Source of the DNA: Eledone cirrhosa
Lineage: Eukaryota
Assembly (NCBI GenBank): GCA_964016885.1
Contig: OZ024742.1
Location: forward strand, 261,640,001-261,704,000
Length of the DNA: 64,000 nucleotides
Reading direction: 5' to 3'
Below are positions 1 to 12,692 of the stretch, piece after piece. Position 1 is the first letter of the stretch; each line of letters opens with the position of its first letter. Both the position numbers and the translations under genes were made by a program. The notes under the pieces are model-generated. The model was not told the DNA's origin and ran no database searches. It saw only the letters and a list, made by a program, of their open reading frames with translations.

Positions 1-578
1 GGTTCTTTACTGACTCTAGTGTTGTATGGTCTGTCACTCACATTAAGGCTGTGTATCTCTTGAAACATATCGTTCCATATCACTTGTAGGGTGCCCACAA
101 GTTTTTGGTGCTCTGTTTGTTCAGTAGAGTCATGAATTTCAGCCTCGTTGTTGATGTGGTGACAATTACTACTAGAGTCAGCTGACCTTTCTCGCTGTTC
201 TTCAGTGGAAGTGGGATGGATTTCAGCAAAATTGTTGGTGAGCTGTTCACTGTTAGATTTAGCTGGCCATTCTCTTTGTCTGTCAGTGGAGGTGGGGTGG
301 TTGTCTACAAGGGCTGTATTTGTAGTATCACTCAATTCCGTTAGATGTATCAATTTACATCTAATGATACGTTTTGCCTGTTCATTTAGATGCTTTGGAG
401 AAAAGTCTAATTCTGGGTGTTTGGAGTTCCATAAAGTTTTTAGCCTTTGCATAAAACCGAACTTTTGGGGTTCAGATTGTTTGTATGCTTCATATAATAC
501 TTTGTTAAGCTCGTAGCTCCACTGTGTACAACGGTTGTAGTTGCGATTTGGTCGAAGGAGACTTGTACTTTTTGCCAT
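1..578 (-). CDS. N-terminal part of an R4/Dong-like (RLE-type) non-LTR retrotransposon ORF, running off the window start
   Basis: Manual translation from ATG at 578: MAKSTSLLRPNRNYNRCTQWSYELNKVLYEAYKQSEPQKFGFMQRLKTLWNSKHPELDFSPKHLNEQAKRII..., open to base 1. The W...Y...G.M.R...W...P...L..Q..RI pattern resembles the N-terminal domain of R4/Dong elements. The 5' UTR runs to ~1212, where it abuts (ATGT)n. Confidence 0.65.
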   Translation of the reverse strand, partial: MAKSTSLLRPNRNYNRCTQWSYELNKVLYEAYKQSEPQKFGFMQRLKTLWNSKHPELDFSPKHLNEQAKRIIRCKLIHLTELSDTTNTALVDNHPTSTDRQREWPAKSNSEQLTNNFAEIHPTSTEEQRERSADSSSNCHHINNEAEIHDSTEQTEHQKLVGTLQVIWNDMFQEIHSLNVSDRPYNTRVSKE

Positions 579-1248
579 GATGAGTTCGTCTATTCACTAA
601 TATTTCGTATTTATTTTTCAAAATAGTCGATGATCTTCTTTAAAAGTTACGACAAAGTTCTGTCAGAATCAAATTTAAAGTTATTCACAGCTTGGGTAAT
701 ATTTCTTTTCAGTTAGTTTTTAATTCTACAACTGTGTTTTAAACGTTGTCCTTGAATCGTTTGAATCGAGAACAAAAAGAACCGTTACTTAGTATATTCC
801 TTTATGAATGTAATATAATATAACAACGCTGTATTTATATGTTAAAGTTTATGTATCATTCATATAAATAGGTGTTCTACAACCTATTCACAACATATTC
901 ACAGTTCAAACACTTATATTTTTGTTTCTGAATCGAAAACGTTACTTGTATATTTCTTTATAAATGTAATATAACAACGTTGCATTTATATGTTAAAGTG
1001 TATGTATCGTTCATATATCATAAGTGTATGTATCGTTCATATAAATAGGTGTTTTACAACACACTTACAGTTCAAACACTTATGTAGAATTATTGTATGT
1101 AATCTTACCGCGTAATGTAGCTCAACTTTTTCCAATATATGGTATGTTGCCTTCATGTAAGCCGTAATTACACACGTCCGACTATCGGACACTGACCACA
1201 ACGGTCGCCATTTATGTATGTATGTATGTATGTATGTATGTATGTATG

Positions 1249-1775
1249 TTAGGTCGCTCTCGAGTGCTGTTGGTAACATGTAACCCAGTACAACCTGTCT
1301 CATGGACGGGTCGTCGGCGACTAAACTGGCAACCCCACCAAGCTTGCTTAGTGAGGAGGGTGATATTTGGACACCCTGTGGGATGAAATACAAGACCCGG
1401 CGAAGGGCGGAAGAACTCAGCAGAGTCAACGGCCATCCAAATAGTACTTCTTTTTTTTTTCACCTGGAAGTGAAATGCCTCCAGTTGTTGTCACAACACC
1501 TTCCTAAGAGAAGGAAACTCTGAAAAAAAACCTGCGGCTTCGGAAGCATCCGATGATGTTGACCAGTTCTCCTTTTCGAGTAATGTTTTTGATGCTCAGA
1601 GAGTGGGATTGGTCGAGTACAAGGCCTTTTCCCACTTAAAAAACCTTCAAAGCACACGCTTTGCTTGTTTAGGTTATGTTACAGGTTCGTGTGGCTGGCC
1701 GTAGCCTAAAAGTGCACCATTTTCTGTAATCTGACAAGCGATTGCAATACTCTTAGCAGAGTTTGTAGCCATCAT
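1249..1775 (+). mobile_element. Non-autonomous retroposon (SINE-like) embedded in (ATGT)n
   Basis: Shares GGTAACATGTA.CCCAGTACAACCTGTCTCATGG..GGCGACTAAACTGGCAACCCCACCAAG with the reverse complement of 22720-22910, and ends ..AGCCATCATGTATGT like the other copies. Confidence 0.6.
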
Positions 1776-1789
1776 GTATGTATGCATGT

Positions 1790-4700
1790 ATATTCTTCTG
1801 GTTTTATTATTTTATAAATGTTCACCAATAGAGAGAGAGAGTCGATTTCTAACATAAAAACCAGACTCTTCCATTGGAATTTAGACATCAACTGGGTGAA
1901 CACGTATATATGTTTGGATTTGTTTGCGTGTGTGCAGGCATGGGTGCTATTGCGTGTGTGGATCTGTGTATTTTGTGTTATATGTGTACACGTGCATATG
2001 GTCTGTATCCATAGATGTGTATATATTGTTATTAAATGCTGAATTTTGTTTTATGTTTTCATTTTTTTACTGTTCCAATAATGGAGTATACTTGGAACTT
2101 CCTCTCTAGCCGTATTCTTTCTGGTTCTCTGAAGCCCAGCTCTCAGGATTTGTTCTGAAGTAGTTACTAACATATTCCAGTGTCCCAATAATCACAGGTA
2201 TAAATCTTAAGGTTTTATCAGGGTGGAGTACCCGCAGATTCCTTATTAGTTCTGCATAAATGTTTTCCTTTTCGCTAATCTTTAGCATCAAATTGATATC
2301 TACTGGGCAGCTGATTTCCACTACTGTGCATGCCTTCTCTTCTCTGTTCCATATCATTGTCTGGTTTGCTATGTTTGCATTTTGTTGGGGTTTTGACTGG
2401 AATATCCCACCAGTACTTTTTCGTATTATATATGCATATTATGTATGCATATGTCCTACACATCACTGTAACTTTTTATACGTTTGCGTTAATGGCTATC
2501 CTTGCTATGAACTACATTATATACTGTTTTGGCCACTACATCATGCCTCAGAGGTAGATAGTATCATGATGACATCTTTGGGCAGCTGTTTATGACATGG
2601 GGGATATCTTCAATGTTTATTCCGCAGAGTCTGCATCTTTCATCGCACCTAGATGTTTTGCCTGCATCCCTATCTGTTTTGTGAATCAGGCATATTTTTG
2701 ATTCTTGGATTGCGAAAGCATATCCTTCGGAGTGAGAGCCAGTATAGAGGTTGTTGGTCCAAGATAGACTACTTTACTTATTTATATTTATACTCTCACT
2801 TTAGAGCTTCCTGGCAACATGGCCAAGTATGATTTTTTGCTGATAAGCATGCAAATTTTCATCCATGATTTCATTACGGTATTTCTATGCAATTTCCCTG
2901 GGTATGAATTTTTAGTTATCATGCCGGGTGTATTTCTCAAGGTGCTCCTTCCCAATCTTCATGATGTTATCTGTCTCGTGTAGACAGACTTGTTCAATAG
3001 ATGGGCTCCTACATTGGTGGTTCTTGGCTGTAGTCGGAGGGATATGATGCGACACTCAAATGTTGTCTGGACTGATGTTAAGCCTCTGACCCTCCATACC
3101 CACCCACACCCACACCCGTTTACGTTTCAGGTAGAGGGGGGGTCTATGTCTGTGTTGATGTGGAAATTTCCGGTATTGGTTAGGATTTTTCGGGTTTTAA
3201 CATCGATGGCTCGGATTTCATCTAAAGTCCAATCAAGTATTCCAAATGTTGGTGTCAGGTAGGCACAGCAAAGACATTGTGGGCCACTGATTTATTGTGC
3301 GCAGAGAGTTCAGAAGACTTTATTTTTCTTATTCGAGTATTATATTCCCTGTTTATGCTTTCCTTGTTACAAATACTATCATAAGATATATATTTAATCT
3401 ATCCCTAAGTATCTGTAGCTGACCTCGTCAGATATCGGTGAAACAGTTAGGTCATTGATAAAAATGTTGCTAGATTGGGTTGTAGTTCTTTCCCCACTTT
3501 ACAATCATATATGAACATTTATCCTGGCCAAACTCCATTCCTATATCTTTCGAGAACGTTGTAATAAAGTCAAGGTTTTTCTTCATCCCATTTATGTTCT
3601 TGGCATAGAGTTTCAAGTCATCCACAAAGAGGTTATCAGTTAGGTTCGTATTCCTGTCATCATGTGAACCATTTATGTATCCTTCATATGTCTTGAGCAA
3701 ATAGGACAAGGGGTTTAATGACAGAATATATAGTAACACGGAGAGACTGTCTTCTTGAAATATTAAACCCCCCCCCTCCTCTCTCTGTATTCTATTTTAT
3801 CAGTAAAAATAGAGTCCTCCTTCTCTGTATTTAACTTAGGATAGTAGCCCCAAGAAGAAGATAGGTTCTCTGTGGCTCTGATAATGGTGGCTGGGGCTTT
3901 AGCAAGTCAGAGGGTTTCTATCATCTAAGAGTGGGGAACAGAGTCGAATGCTTTCCTGTAGTCCAGTCAGACTGTAACCATGTTCCGCCCATGTTTCCGC
4001 ACCTCTGACATTGCGGTTTTGTTAATTAAGAGCTGTTTACCACACTCTCAAACTCCTTTCTTCGAGCTGCTTGCTCATCTGTGATCATGTTATTATTGTC
4101 ACAGTGATCTTGGAGAAGTCAGTTCAGGCAGGCTGTATACATCTTATACATTAGGTTCTGGCATGTAATGGGTCGATAGTTTTTTGCCAAGTGGATGTCT
4201 TTGTCCTTGGGGACCAATAATGTCAACCACCCTGATATGTGTGCATCTCACTTGAAAGCTTGCTGATAGAGATTGATAAGATAGAAAGTCAGTTTATTGT
4301 ACCAGTAGCCAACAATCAAGTCTCTTCCTGGTGCTTTCTTATCTTGAATGTTTCCTATCACAGTCTCAAGAGTATCATCATTAGTGTTGTATGTTTTTGT
4401 GGTAGCGTTGGATCTCTTTCAACAACACTGCATCTTGGTTAAATTTCTTTTCTACATGCCAAATTTTTCTCCAGAAGGAATCTATATCTTTCTGGGAAGG
4501 GGTCTCAGTGACATTTATTGCTTTGCCCCTCAAATCTCTATAGACTGAATCTTTTGTTAATTATTTTACTTTCAGTATCGACATGGTATCGACATGTTTT
4601 ATGGTGTTTTGTTCTTGTTAACATCTCTGTTATCACCAAGATAATGTTTAGCTGCCGTTACCAGGGCATATAGGCAGATGTTGATTTGCCAGAATGTAGA

Positions 4701-5250
4701 CGCTTCAATTTATCGTAAATATTCCACTTTAATTTTGTCAATAGCATGCAGAATTTCATTGTTTGGTTTCTTGTTTAGTATTGTTGTTTTATGTCGTTCC
4801 GCGAGAGCAATATTTATACTTGAATTAATTTCTCTCTGGAAAGTTTTGCTGGGGGTATATTTTCATTGTTTATACTTAACATATTTAAGTATAAACATTT
4901 TTTTTTATGTTGATGATTAATGTGACTTCGAAATACCATAGCAGTTAAGGCAAAATCATATGATGTCAAATTCCTTACCGACATGGCTGTTTCAGTGGAC
5001 TGTTTGTGAATTGCTATTGTTTGAGGATAATTGACCTAGCAGCTAGAAAGCCTAGTAACATGGCGGTCCTGTAGCACGTGTTGATTACATGTTTGATTTG
5101 GGAGACTTGCTTTGAATAATGTTGATGTTATTTTTACGTTCGGCGAACGTTGCATGTTGGCGTAATTGCTTGGCTGTGAAGTGATTCAGTTCTGGTTGAA
5201 GTTCGTCCCCAATATAGCGTCATTTTGTTCATATAGTCAACTTTTTTGCC
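1790..5250 (-). mobile_element. Decayed R4/Dong-like LINE (RT plus restriction-like endonuclease)
   Basis: Fragments LFVDDLKLYAK (RT, 3470-3739), KHSKPDNDM../CTVVEISCP..EKENIY (RLE, 2106-2466) and WLDYRKAFDSVPH-like (~3930-3970). Many stops and frameshifts. 3' end ...AAAACCAGAAGAA abuts CATA repeats. Confidence 0.85.
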
Positions 5251-6189
5251 AATCTATATCACTTAAATAAAATGTTGTTAAGTTCGTAACTCCAAGAAAA
5301 TTGCGATTTATAGTTTCGGTTCATTCTGTAGCTACAACAAAAAAATCTTGTTTACCTTTCTCGTTATTGTTTTTATTTGATTCTCCACTGATATTGTTGA
5401 TGTTATGTTCAACTATGCTCCTTGTAGTAAATCCTTGTAAAATGAATTTAGTATTTAAAAAGCCTTAAATAGAGAAGGTATTCTCTGGCGGATTTTTAGC
5501 AAAAAAAAATGATGTTTTGTGGTAATAATAGAAAAAGATGTTTGTAGCAGTAGATGTTTTTATTTGGTTGTAGCTTGGTTGAAGGTTGTCGCCACGAAAG
5601 CAGAAAAGCAGATGAATCTGTGATATAGTTGTTGTTGGCAAGTGAGAGAGTGAAATTGGCTTCTGTGAGTCGAGAGAAGCTATGTCCTATTTAAGGGAAC
5701 GAAAACTGTACTCACTTGCTATGGTGAAATGATAGTACCTTGGAAAAATGATTTTCCCATATCAGGCCAGACGTTATATTTTTAGAGTGTGTGCAGATTC
5801 ATTGGTGGCAGAAATATCAGAAAGCTGTTTAAACATTTTTACAAAGGGTTTATTTACAACCGTACAAGATTACAATAAATTGTTGCCGGCATGCCGCAAT
5901 GAGTAAATGAACAAAAATGAAGTGTTGGAAGAAAGAAGTTGGTCCCTCACCGATAAGGGCCAAAGTTTCTTCTCTACCGTTACATCTTGTTAGTATCGAC
6001 ACGGGAATGTAAAAGCGTGTTGACTGGACAAAGTGAAAGCAACAACTGTGTGTAGTCAACAAAAGAAGCGCAAATTTCTTAGTTGGGCGGAAGTTGGTTA
6101 TATTTATGCGCCACTTTTAATTGGCCAACCGATAACCAAATCGCGCATGAATGATTGTTGTTGCGAGATACGAAGTAATGCTGCTACAG

Positions 6190-7610
6190 ACTTATATATG
6201 CCCGGTGGCCTGAATCTCTGGAAAGACACCTAACCAATGGCAATCAGGAGTGATAATCCCAATTTTCAAAAAGGGAGACAAGAGAGAGTGTTCCAATTAC
6301 AGAGGAATCTCCTTGTTAAGCCTCCCCGGTAAAGTATATGCTAAGTGTCTGGCAAAGAGATGCAGGGAGATTGTCGAGTCCAAATTAGTTGATGAACAGT
6401 GCAGGTTTCGCTCCGGACCAGCACTGCCGACCAAATATTCGCACTGCAGCAAGTCTTCGAGAAATCGTGGGAGTATTGCCAAGAGGTGTATTCTTGTTTT
6501 GTTGACCTTGAAAAGTGATATGACCACTTTCCTCGAGACCTGCTATGGGAGTTCTGCAAGAGTATGTGATCGATGGTCAACTTTTTGCTGCTTTGATGTC
6601 TCTATACAAATGCCCGAGTATTTGTGCTCGGATAAATGGTGCTAAATCGAAACCATTCAATGTCGAAGGGTGCATACTGTCACCTCTCCTATTCATTATT
6701 TACATGAATGGGATTGACATGCGCAGCCGGATTGGAAGTAGTGTCATGACTGACGGGTGTAAAATCAGTCGGTTGGAATTTGCAGACGACATGGTATTAC
6801 TTAACTCGACAGAAGGTGAACTCCGACTTGCACTTGATAGGTTTGATGCCGAGTGCTGCATGGCTGGAATGAAAATCAGTGCTGCAAAAACTGAGACACT
6901 CATCCTCTCAAGGAAGCCTGCACAGTGCACTCTACATGTGAATGGAGTTCCATTGAAGCAGGTAGAGCAGTTCAAGAATCTCGGGGCCGTTTTCACAAGT
7001 GATGGAAGGCAAGAGGCTGAATTAAGTGCAAGAATTGCAGGGGCTGGTGCAGTAATGCGCCAGCTTAAGCATTCAGTAATCAGGCGTAAAAGCCAAACAG
7101 TAATCAGGCGTAAAAGCCAAACTCGCTATCTTTAATTTTAATTCGGTATTCGTGTCGATCCTTACCTATGGTTGACCCTTACCTTGGGTAATGACCGAAA
7201 AAATACGATCGCGAATACAAGCTACCGAAATGGGGTTCCTCCGAAGGGTCTTTGGAGTAACGTTACTCGATAAAGTGTATAACTCGGAGATCAGAGAGTC
7301 ACTCCAGGTAGGGCTGCTACCTCTCCGAATTGAGAGATCACAGCTCTGATACTTTAGGCATGTGGTTAGATTGTCTCAAGAAAGAATCACTGGACAGATT
7401 TTACGAGCAAAACCAACCGGCGGGAGACCCAGGGATAGACCCCAAGTAAGATGGTTGGGTAACACCAATGAGCTTGGCTGGTCTCGCTTGCGGATACAGG
7501 CGGATCAGTTGGAGACGGTTGCTTCTAACAGGACCCGCTGGAAGTAGTATTTGAGGACTCTGCCCCCACGACCCTCTCAGGAATATGAGGGCGAAGAAAA
7601 AGAAGAGAAG
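6190..7610 (+). mobile_element. Decayed RTE-clade LINE, 3' half
   Basis: IIPIFKKGDKRECSNYRGISLLSLPGKVYA, GCILSPLLFIIYM, FADDMVLL and terminal GRPRDRP..RW; GAAGAA-type tail at ~7592-7610. Confidence 0.85.
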
Positions 7611-7859
7611 ATCTCTACGATTTCGTATAAAAGGTGTCTTCAACGAGTATAATTAGAAGAATATCCAGTTATTTTACACGGCTGGTAGTTGTGGCATTAC
7701 TGTCGAAGATAGGATTCATCTTAAATTTAACGAAGTGTCTCCTAAGTCATATGTGCGTTTGCTCACGTCGACTGTTATGTATGTATGTATGTATGTATGT
7801 ATGTATGTATGTATGTATGTATGTATGTAGGTATGCATGTATGCATTGTGTATGTATGA

Positions 7860-8245
7860 GTGTGTCCGAGCGCGCGAATAACCCACGGAGAGTGAGAGAC
7901 CCCCTAAATCTTTTTAGGACATCATTCTAGAAGAAGGAAAACTCTTATGTAAAACTTGCAACTTGATGGCAGTCAACGATGTTGCCTTTTTCTTCCTGGC
8001 CTTGTTCAGGGAGTGGTCTAGTGCAAGGACTTTCTTCACTTAAAAAAGCGTCAAGCACAAGCATCACTTGATCTAAAACGACGTTCACGTGTGTTGCGTG
8101 AGCATGGCCTTTTCTTTTTTCTTTCATTGCAGCATATGCAGAAAGGAATCTAAGTTCTTGGTGAATCATGTTCGTGCCACCCATGTATGAGAAAAAGATC
8201 AAGGGATGGAAATTTTCAAAACTGAGATGCAGCCATTATATGTAT
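7860..8245 (+). mobile_element. Diverged copy of the (ATGT)n-associated non-autonomous element
   Basis: TTCTAGAAGAAGGAAAACTCT..AAACTTGCAAC and terminal GCAGCCATTATATGTATG match the 22302-22910 family; preceded by (ATGT)n. Confidence 0.5.
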
Positions 8246-9048
8246 GCAGCGGCCAACAGTAACAACACAAACCAGTCAATGAAATGTCAGTTTCTTTCGT
8301 TCCTTTATTCTACCTCTCTAACGTACAGAACCTTAGGTGGATGTTGCCTCGTGGTCCCAGCCCAGGACAGAATTGTAAAAGCGTTAACTCAGAGGATAGC
8401 AAGGAAGAAGTGTTAAAAGAACCATTCCAGCTCGGGTAGTTATTTCTTGCGGATGGCCAACACAGTCCCGATAACAGTAAGTAGAGTGGAGGTTCGTTTG
8501 ATATAAAAATTCCATTAACTTTTAGTATAAGGAGGAAGTAGAGGACCACCCATATTCTTTTATTTTTTTAGCTTTTAGTTTTTTACCAGCTTCGGTCATT
8601 GGACTGCAGCCATGTTAGGGCACTATCATACAGAACATTAGTCGATCATGTCGATGCCAATACTTGTCTTTTCAAGTTTGATCAATTATTTCTGGCAAAG
8701 TTCCTGGACATAAACACAGACACAAATATAAATATAGACACTAGCAAAGTAAAGCTTATACAAAAATGGAAGTTCTAGTTGTTTGATCAATAGAACAATC
8801 TGCTCATGAAATTAACGTACAAGGTTGAACACGCCACAAATACATGTACCCTTGGTGGTGCTAACAGCAACACTGAAACTACTTTAAATCCAGAACGATT
8901 ATATTATTTGAGTAACTAATGAATAAAATATTTAAAATGTCGTATTGATCAACAAGTATTCTTTAATTAACTAAGACTGTACACATCGGACTTTCTCCCA
9001 TCCACCCGTCCTCCACTACATGTTTCTCATAGAAATGTGTTGAGATTA

Positions 9049-9055
<7 letters not shown>

Positions 9056-9138
<83 letters not shown>
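9056..9138. repeat. (CT)n microsatellite
   Basis: Pure dinucleotide run. Confidence 0.95.
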
Positions 9139-9140
<2 letters not shown>

Positions 9141-9504
9141 GATCTAAAACTTGTACGCTATGTTTGAAATGTCCTCTTTAACTTGAATATTGAAATAAGC
9201 AATAAACAATGCAGTGGTAATGGATCGTGTGTTCTAGTTAAACGAACTTGATCAATAAATATGCTTCGCTGGGGAGATCTCATACGATCGAAACATGATC
9301 ATTGTTTTCAGTAAGTTAGCTTATAGACAAGGTCCCACTGTGCTGTCTTGAATTATTCTAAAGGACTTCGAGCAGCTCAGGTTAGATGAGTTACCTCCTT
9401 TGCTTATTTCTTCTATTCGAAGAGACCTAAAAGGAGTTTTGGTCTTGAAATTATGAAGCTTTTTTTTTTTCCACTCGCCAAATTTAGACTGCGAAACTTT
9501 ATTT

Positions 9505-11662
9505 GTATGTATGTATGTTCTTCTGGTTTTATAAATTCAAAAATGTTTACCAATAGAGAGAGAGTTGGTTTCTAACATAGATACAAGACTCTCTCATTGG
9601 AATTTACGAAAGTAGGTAGATATGTATGCATGTTTGCATGCATGTGTGTGTGTGCAGGTATGGATGTTATTGTATGTGGTGTGGATGTGGATGTTTTGAG
9701 TTATATGTGTGCATATTTATATACTTTAGATCTGTACATGTGTATATGAAGCTATTAGATGCAGAATATTTGGAATGTTTTACATATTTTTACTGTTCCA
9801 TTACTGGATTGTACTTGTAATTTCCTAACTAGTTGTGTTCTTTCTGTTCCTGTCAAACCCAGCTTCTCAAGATTTGTACTGGGGCAGTTATTAACATATC
9901 CCAGTGCCCCAATAATCACCGGCATAAATCCGAAGTCATAGTCAGGGTGGAGTATCTGCAGATTTCTCATTAGTTCTGCATAAATATTCTCCTTTTCGCT
10001 AATCTATATTATATTGGCATCTGCTGGGCAGCTAACTTCCACTACTGTGCATGCTTTCTTTTCCTTGTCCCATATCATTATATCTGTTATGCTTGTATTT
10101 TATTGGGCTTTTTACTGGAACATTCCACCAGTACTCTTTCATATTATATACCCATGTCTTCCATATTGCTGTAGCTTTTAAAGTGTTGATTATCTGGGCT
10201 TTTCTACGGATTGCATTGTACAGTGTTTTGGCCACTACATCATGACTCATGGGTAGATATTACCGTGTTGACATCTTTAGACGGCTGCTTATGACATGGG
10301 TGACATCTTCGATGTTAATTCTGCAGAATCTGCACTTGTCGCATCTAGGTTTTACTGCATCTCTATCTCTTTTGTGAATCAGGTATATTGTGTTGATTTC
10401 CTTTTCTTGGATTGCAAAAGCATATCCTTCAAAGTGAGAGCCAATATAGCGATTGTTGGTCCAAGATAGACTACTTTCCTTATCTATATTACTCTCACTC
10501 TGGAGCCTCTTTGGCAACATATCCATGCATATTTTTTTGCTGATAAGCTTGCAGTTTTTCATCCGTGGATTCGCTGCGGTATTGCTGGGCAATTTCTCTG
10601 GGTGTGAGGTTTTAATTATCATGCAGGGAGTATCTTTCAAGGAGTTCCTTCCCAATTTTCCTGATCTTATCTGTCTCATGCAGACAGGGCTGCTCAATAG
10701 ATGGGATCCTACGCTTGGAGGTTCGTAAATGTTGTCGGAGGGATATAATGCGACACTCAAATCCTGTCTGGACCGATGTTAGGCCTCTGCCTCCCTGCTT
10801 ACGCTTCAAGTAAAGGCGGCCTATATCACTGTTGATGTGGAAGTTTCCGGTGTTGTTTAGAATATTTCGGGTTTGAACATCAATTGCTTGAATTTTGTCT
10901 ATCGTCCACTCGAGTATTCCAAACGTTGGTATTAGAACAGGCACAGCAAACACATTGTGAGCCACTGTTTTACTGTGCGCAGAGAATTCCGATGGCCATA
11001 TTTTTCTTAATCGGGTGTAATATTCCCTGGTTATGCGCTCCTTATTACAAATACCATTACAGGGTATATTCATCTATCCCCAGGTATCTGTAGCAGTCGT
11101 CATCAGATATCGGTGAAACAGTTAGGCATTGATAAAAATGTTGCTTGATTGGGTTGTAGTTTTTCCCCGCTTTACAGTCATATATGAACATTTATCTTGG
11201 CCAAACTCCATTCCTATATCCTTTGAGAACGTTGTAACCAGGTCAAGATTTTTCTTCGTCCCATTTATGTTCTTGGTATAGAGTTTCATGTCATCCACAA
11301 AGAGATTATGGGTTAAGTTCGTATTTCTGTCCTCCTGTGAGCCAATGATGTATCCTTCGCATTTCTTGAGCAAATAGGACAATGGGTTTAATGACAGGAT
11401 AAATAGCAACACAGAGATACTATTTCCTTGAAATATACCCCTGTGATATTCTGTTTTTAACTTTAGAATAGTAGCCCAAGAAGAAGACAGCTTCTCTATG
11501 GCTCAGATAATAATGTCTGGGACTTTAGCAAGTCGGAGGGCCTCTATCATCCAAGAGTGGGGAACAGAATCAAATGCTTTCCTGTAGTCCAGCCAGACTG
11601 TAGCCATATTCCTCCTAAGTTGTCACACCTCTGACATCGCAGTTTTGTTAATTAGTTGTTCA
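9505..11662 (-). mobile_element. R4/Dong-like LINE, 5'-truncated and frameshifted
   Basis: LFVDDMKLY (RT), CDKCRFCRINIEDVTHVISS (CCHC knuckle), RHDVVA and RLE motifs; 3' end joins (CATA)n at ~9504-9516. Confidence 0.9.
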
Positions 11663-11664
11663 GA

Positions 11665-12020
11665 TTTCATGTAGGGTGCTTCTAGACTGTCTGCTGACAC
11701 ACATAGTAGATTGTGTTCTTCCTGAAAGTCAATCTAGTTTTCGTGCTGGACGTAGCACTACTGATATGATCTTCTCAGCTAGACAGCTTCAGGGGAAGTG
11801 CGTTGAGCAGGGTTTGGATCTGTACCAGGTTTTTGTCGATCTGACAAAAGCTTTCGATACTGTTAACAGAAATGTATTGTGGAAGGTTCTCCAGAAACTT
11901 GGTTTCCCTGATACGTTCCTTGACTTGGATAGGTCTTTCCATGATGACATGAAGGCTTGAGTTAATGTCAGAGGTAACATGTCGGAGCCTATCTCAGTGA
12001 AAAATGGAGTATCACTGTGT
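11665..12020 (+). mobile_element. RTE-clade RT fragment
   Basis: LPESQSSFRAGRSTTDMIFSARQLQGKCVEQGLDLYQVFVDLTKAFDTVNR. Confidence 0.85.
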
Positions 12021-12299
12021 TCCTCGTATTTATCTTGAATTATATTTTTTCCCGTCTTTAAGGGGTTTCGCCCCATTTTAAGCCATTCTATAGCTTCTCC
12101 ACCCATACGCACACCACTCTTTACACATATATATATTATAATAATGTTCTGCTTACGGCCGAGCTCTTACAGTTTCAAAATGATAATAGCTCGGCCGTAG
12201 GGAGGAAAATACCTACACTCCATTTTCTTAAGGATCGAGTACTAAGCTGAACAATGGTCTTATTAGTCTTAACTAGTAACTAACCATCTATAAATATAT

Positions 12300-12580
12300 A
12301 TATACATAGTGGTGCAACACTGGAAGGTAATATCCGTAGTGGTAGAGCACTCAGTCCAAGGGACAAGTTAGGTAGAGGTGGTTACACAACAGTTAGTTCA
12401 CCATACCGAGAACAATTGTTTCACCTTAGCGGATCCTCAGCTCGGAATGGGCATGGTTATAGGAACAGGAAGGACAACCGTGCGAACGCGCATGCGCAGA
12501 AACCCGGTCACTTCACACAGGCAATACTAGACTGCGTGCGAGAGGTGTAAGGGAGATAACTGCGAAAGTCCGAAAAGTTT
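12300..12580 (-). mobile_element. Probable 3' pseudo-LTR of the Penelope-like element whose ORF lies at 17049-18316
   Basis: Lies downstream, on the same strand, of the Penelope ORF once the CR1 insertion is removed, and carries a minimal hammerhead motif typical of PLE pLTRs. Confidence 0.55.
12401..12450 (-). ncRNA. Type I minimal hammerhead ribozyme motif
   Basis: Minus strand: CCATTCCGAG-CTGAGGA-TCCGCTAAGGT-GAA-ACAATTGT-T-CTCGGTATGG. Stem I pairs 9/10, the CUGANGA/GAAA core is intact, and stem III is a palindrome. Confidence 0.7.
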
Positions 12581-12692
12581 TAAATAATAATAATAATGAA
12601 ATTATTGTGTAAAGTGCTCAGGTGCACTACAACTCGTCAATATAGTACATAGAATAATACACAAATGTCAGGGAAGTACATGTTTGTATGTG

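Noticed and set aside
770-1085. ~150 bp direct repeat
   Set aside because: An ordinary tandem duplication within the LINE 5' UTR; no further structure seen.
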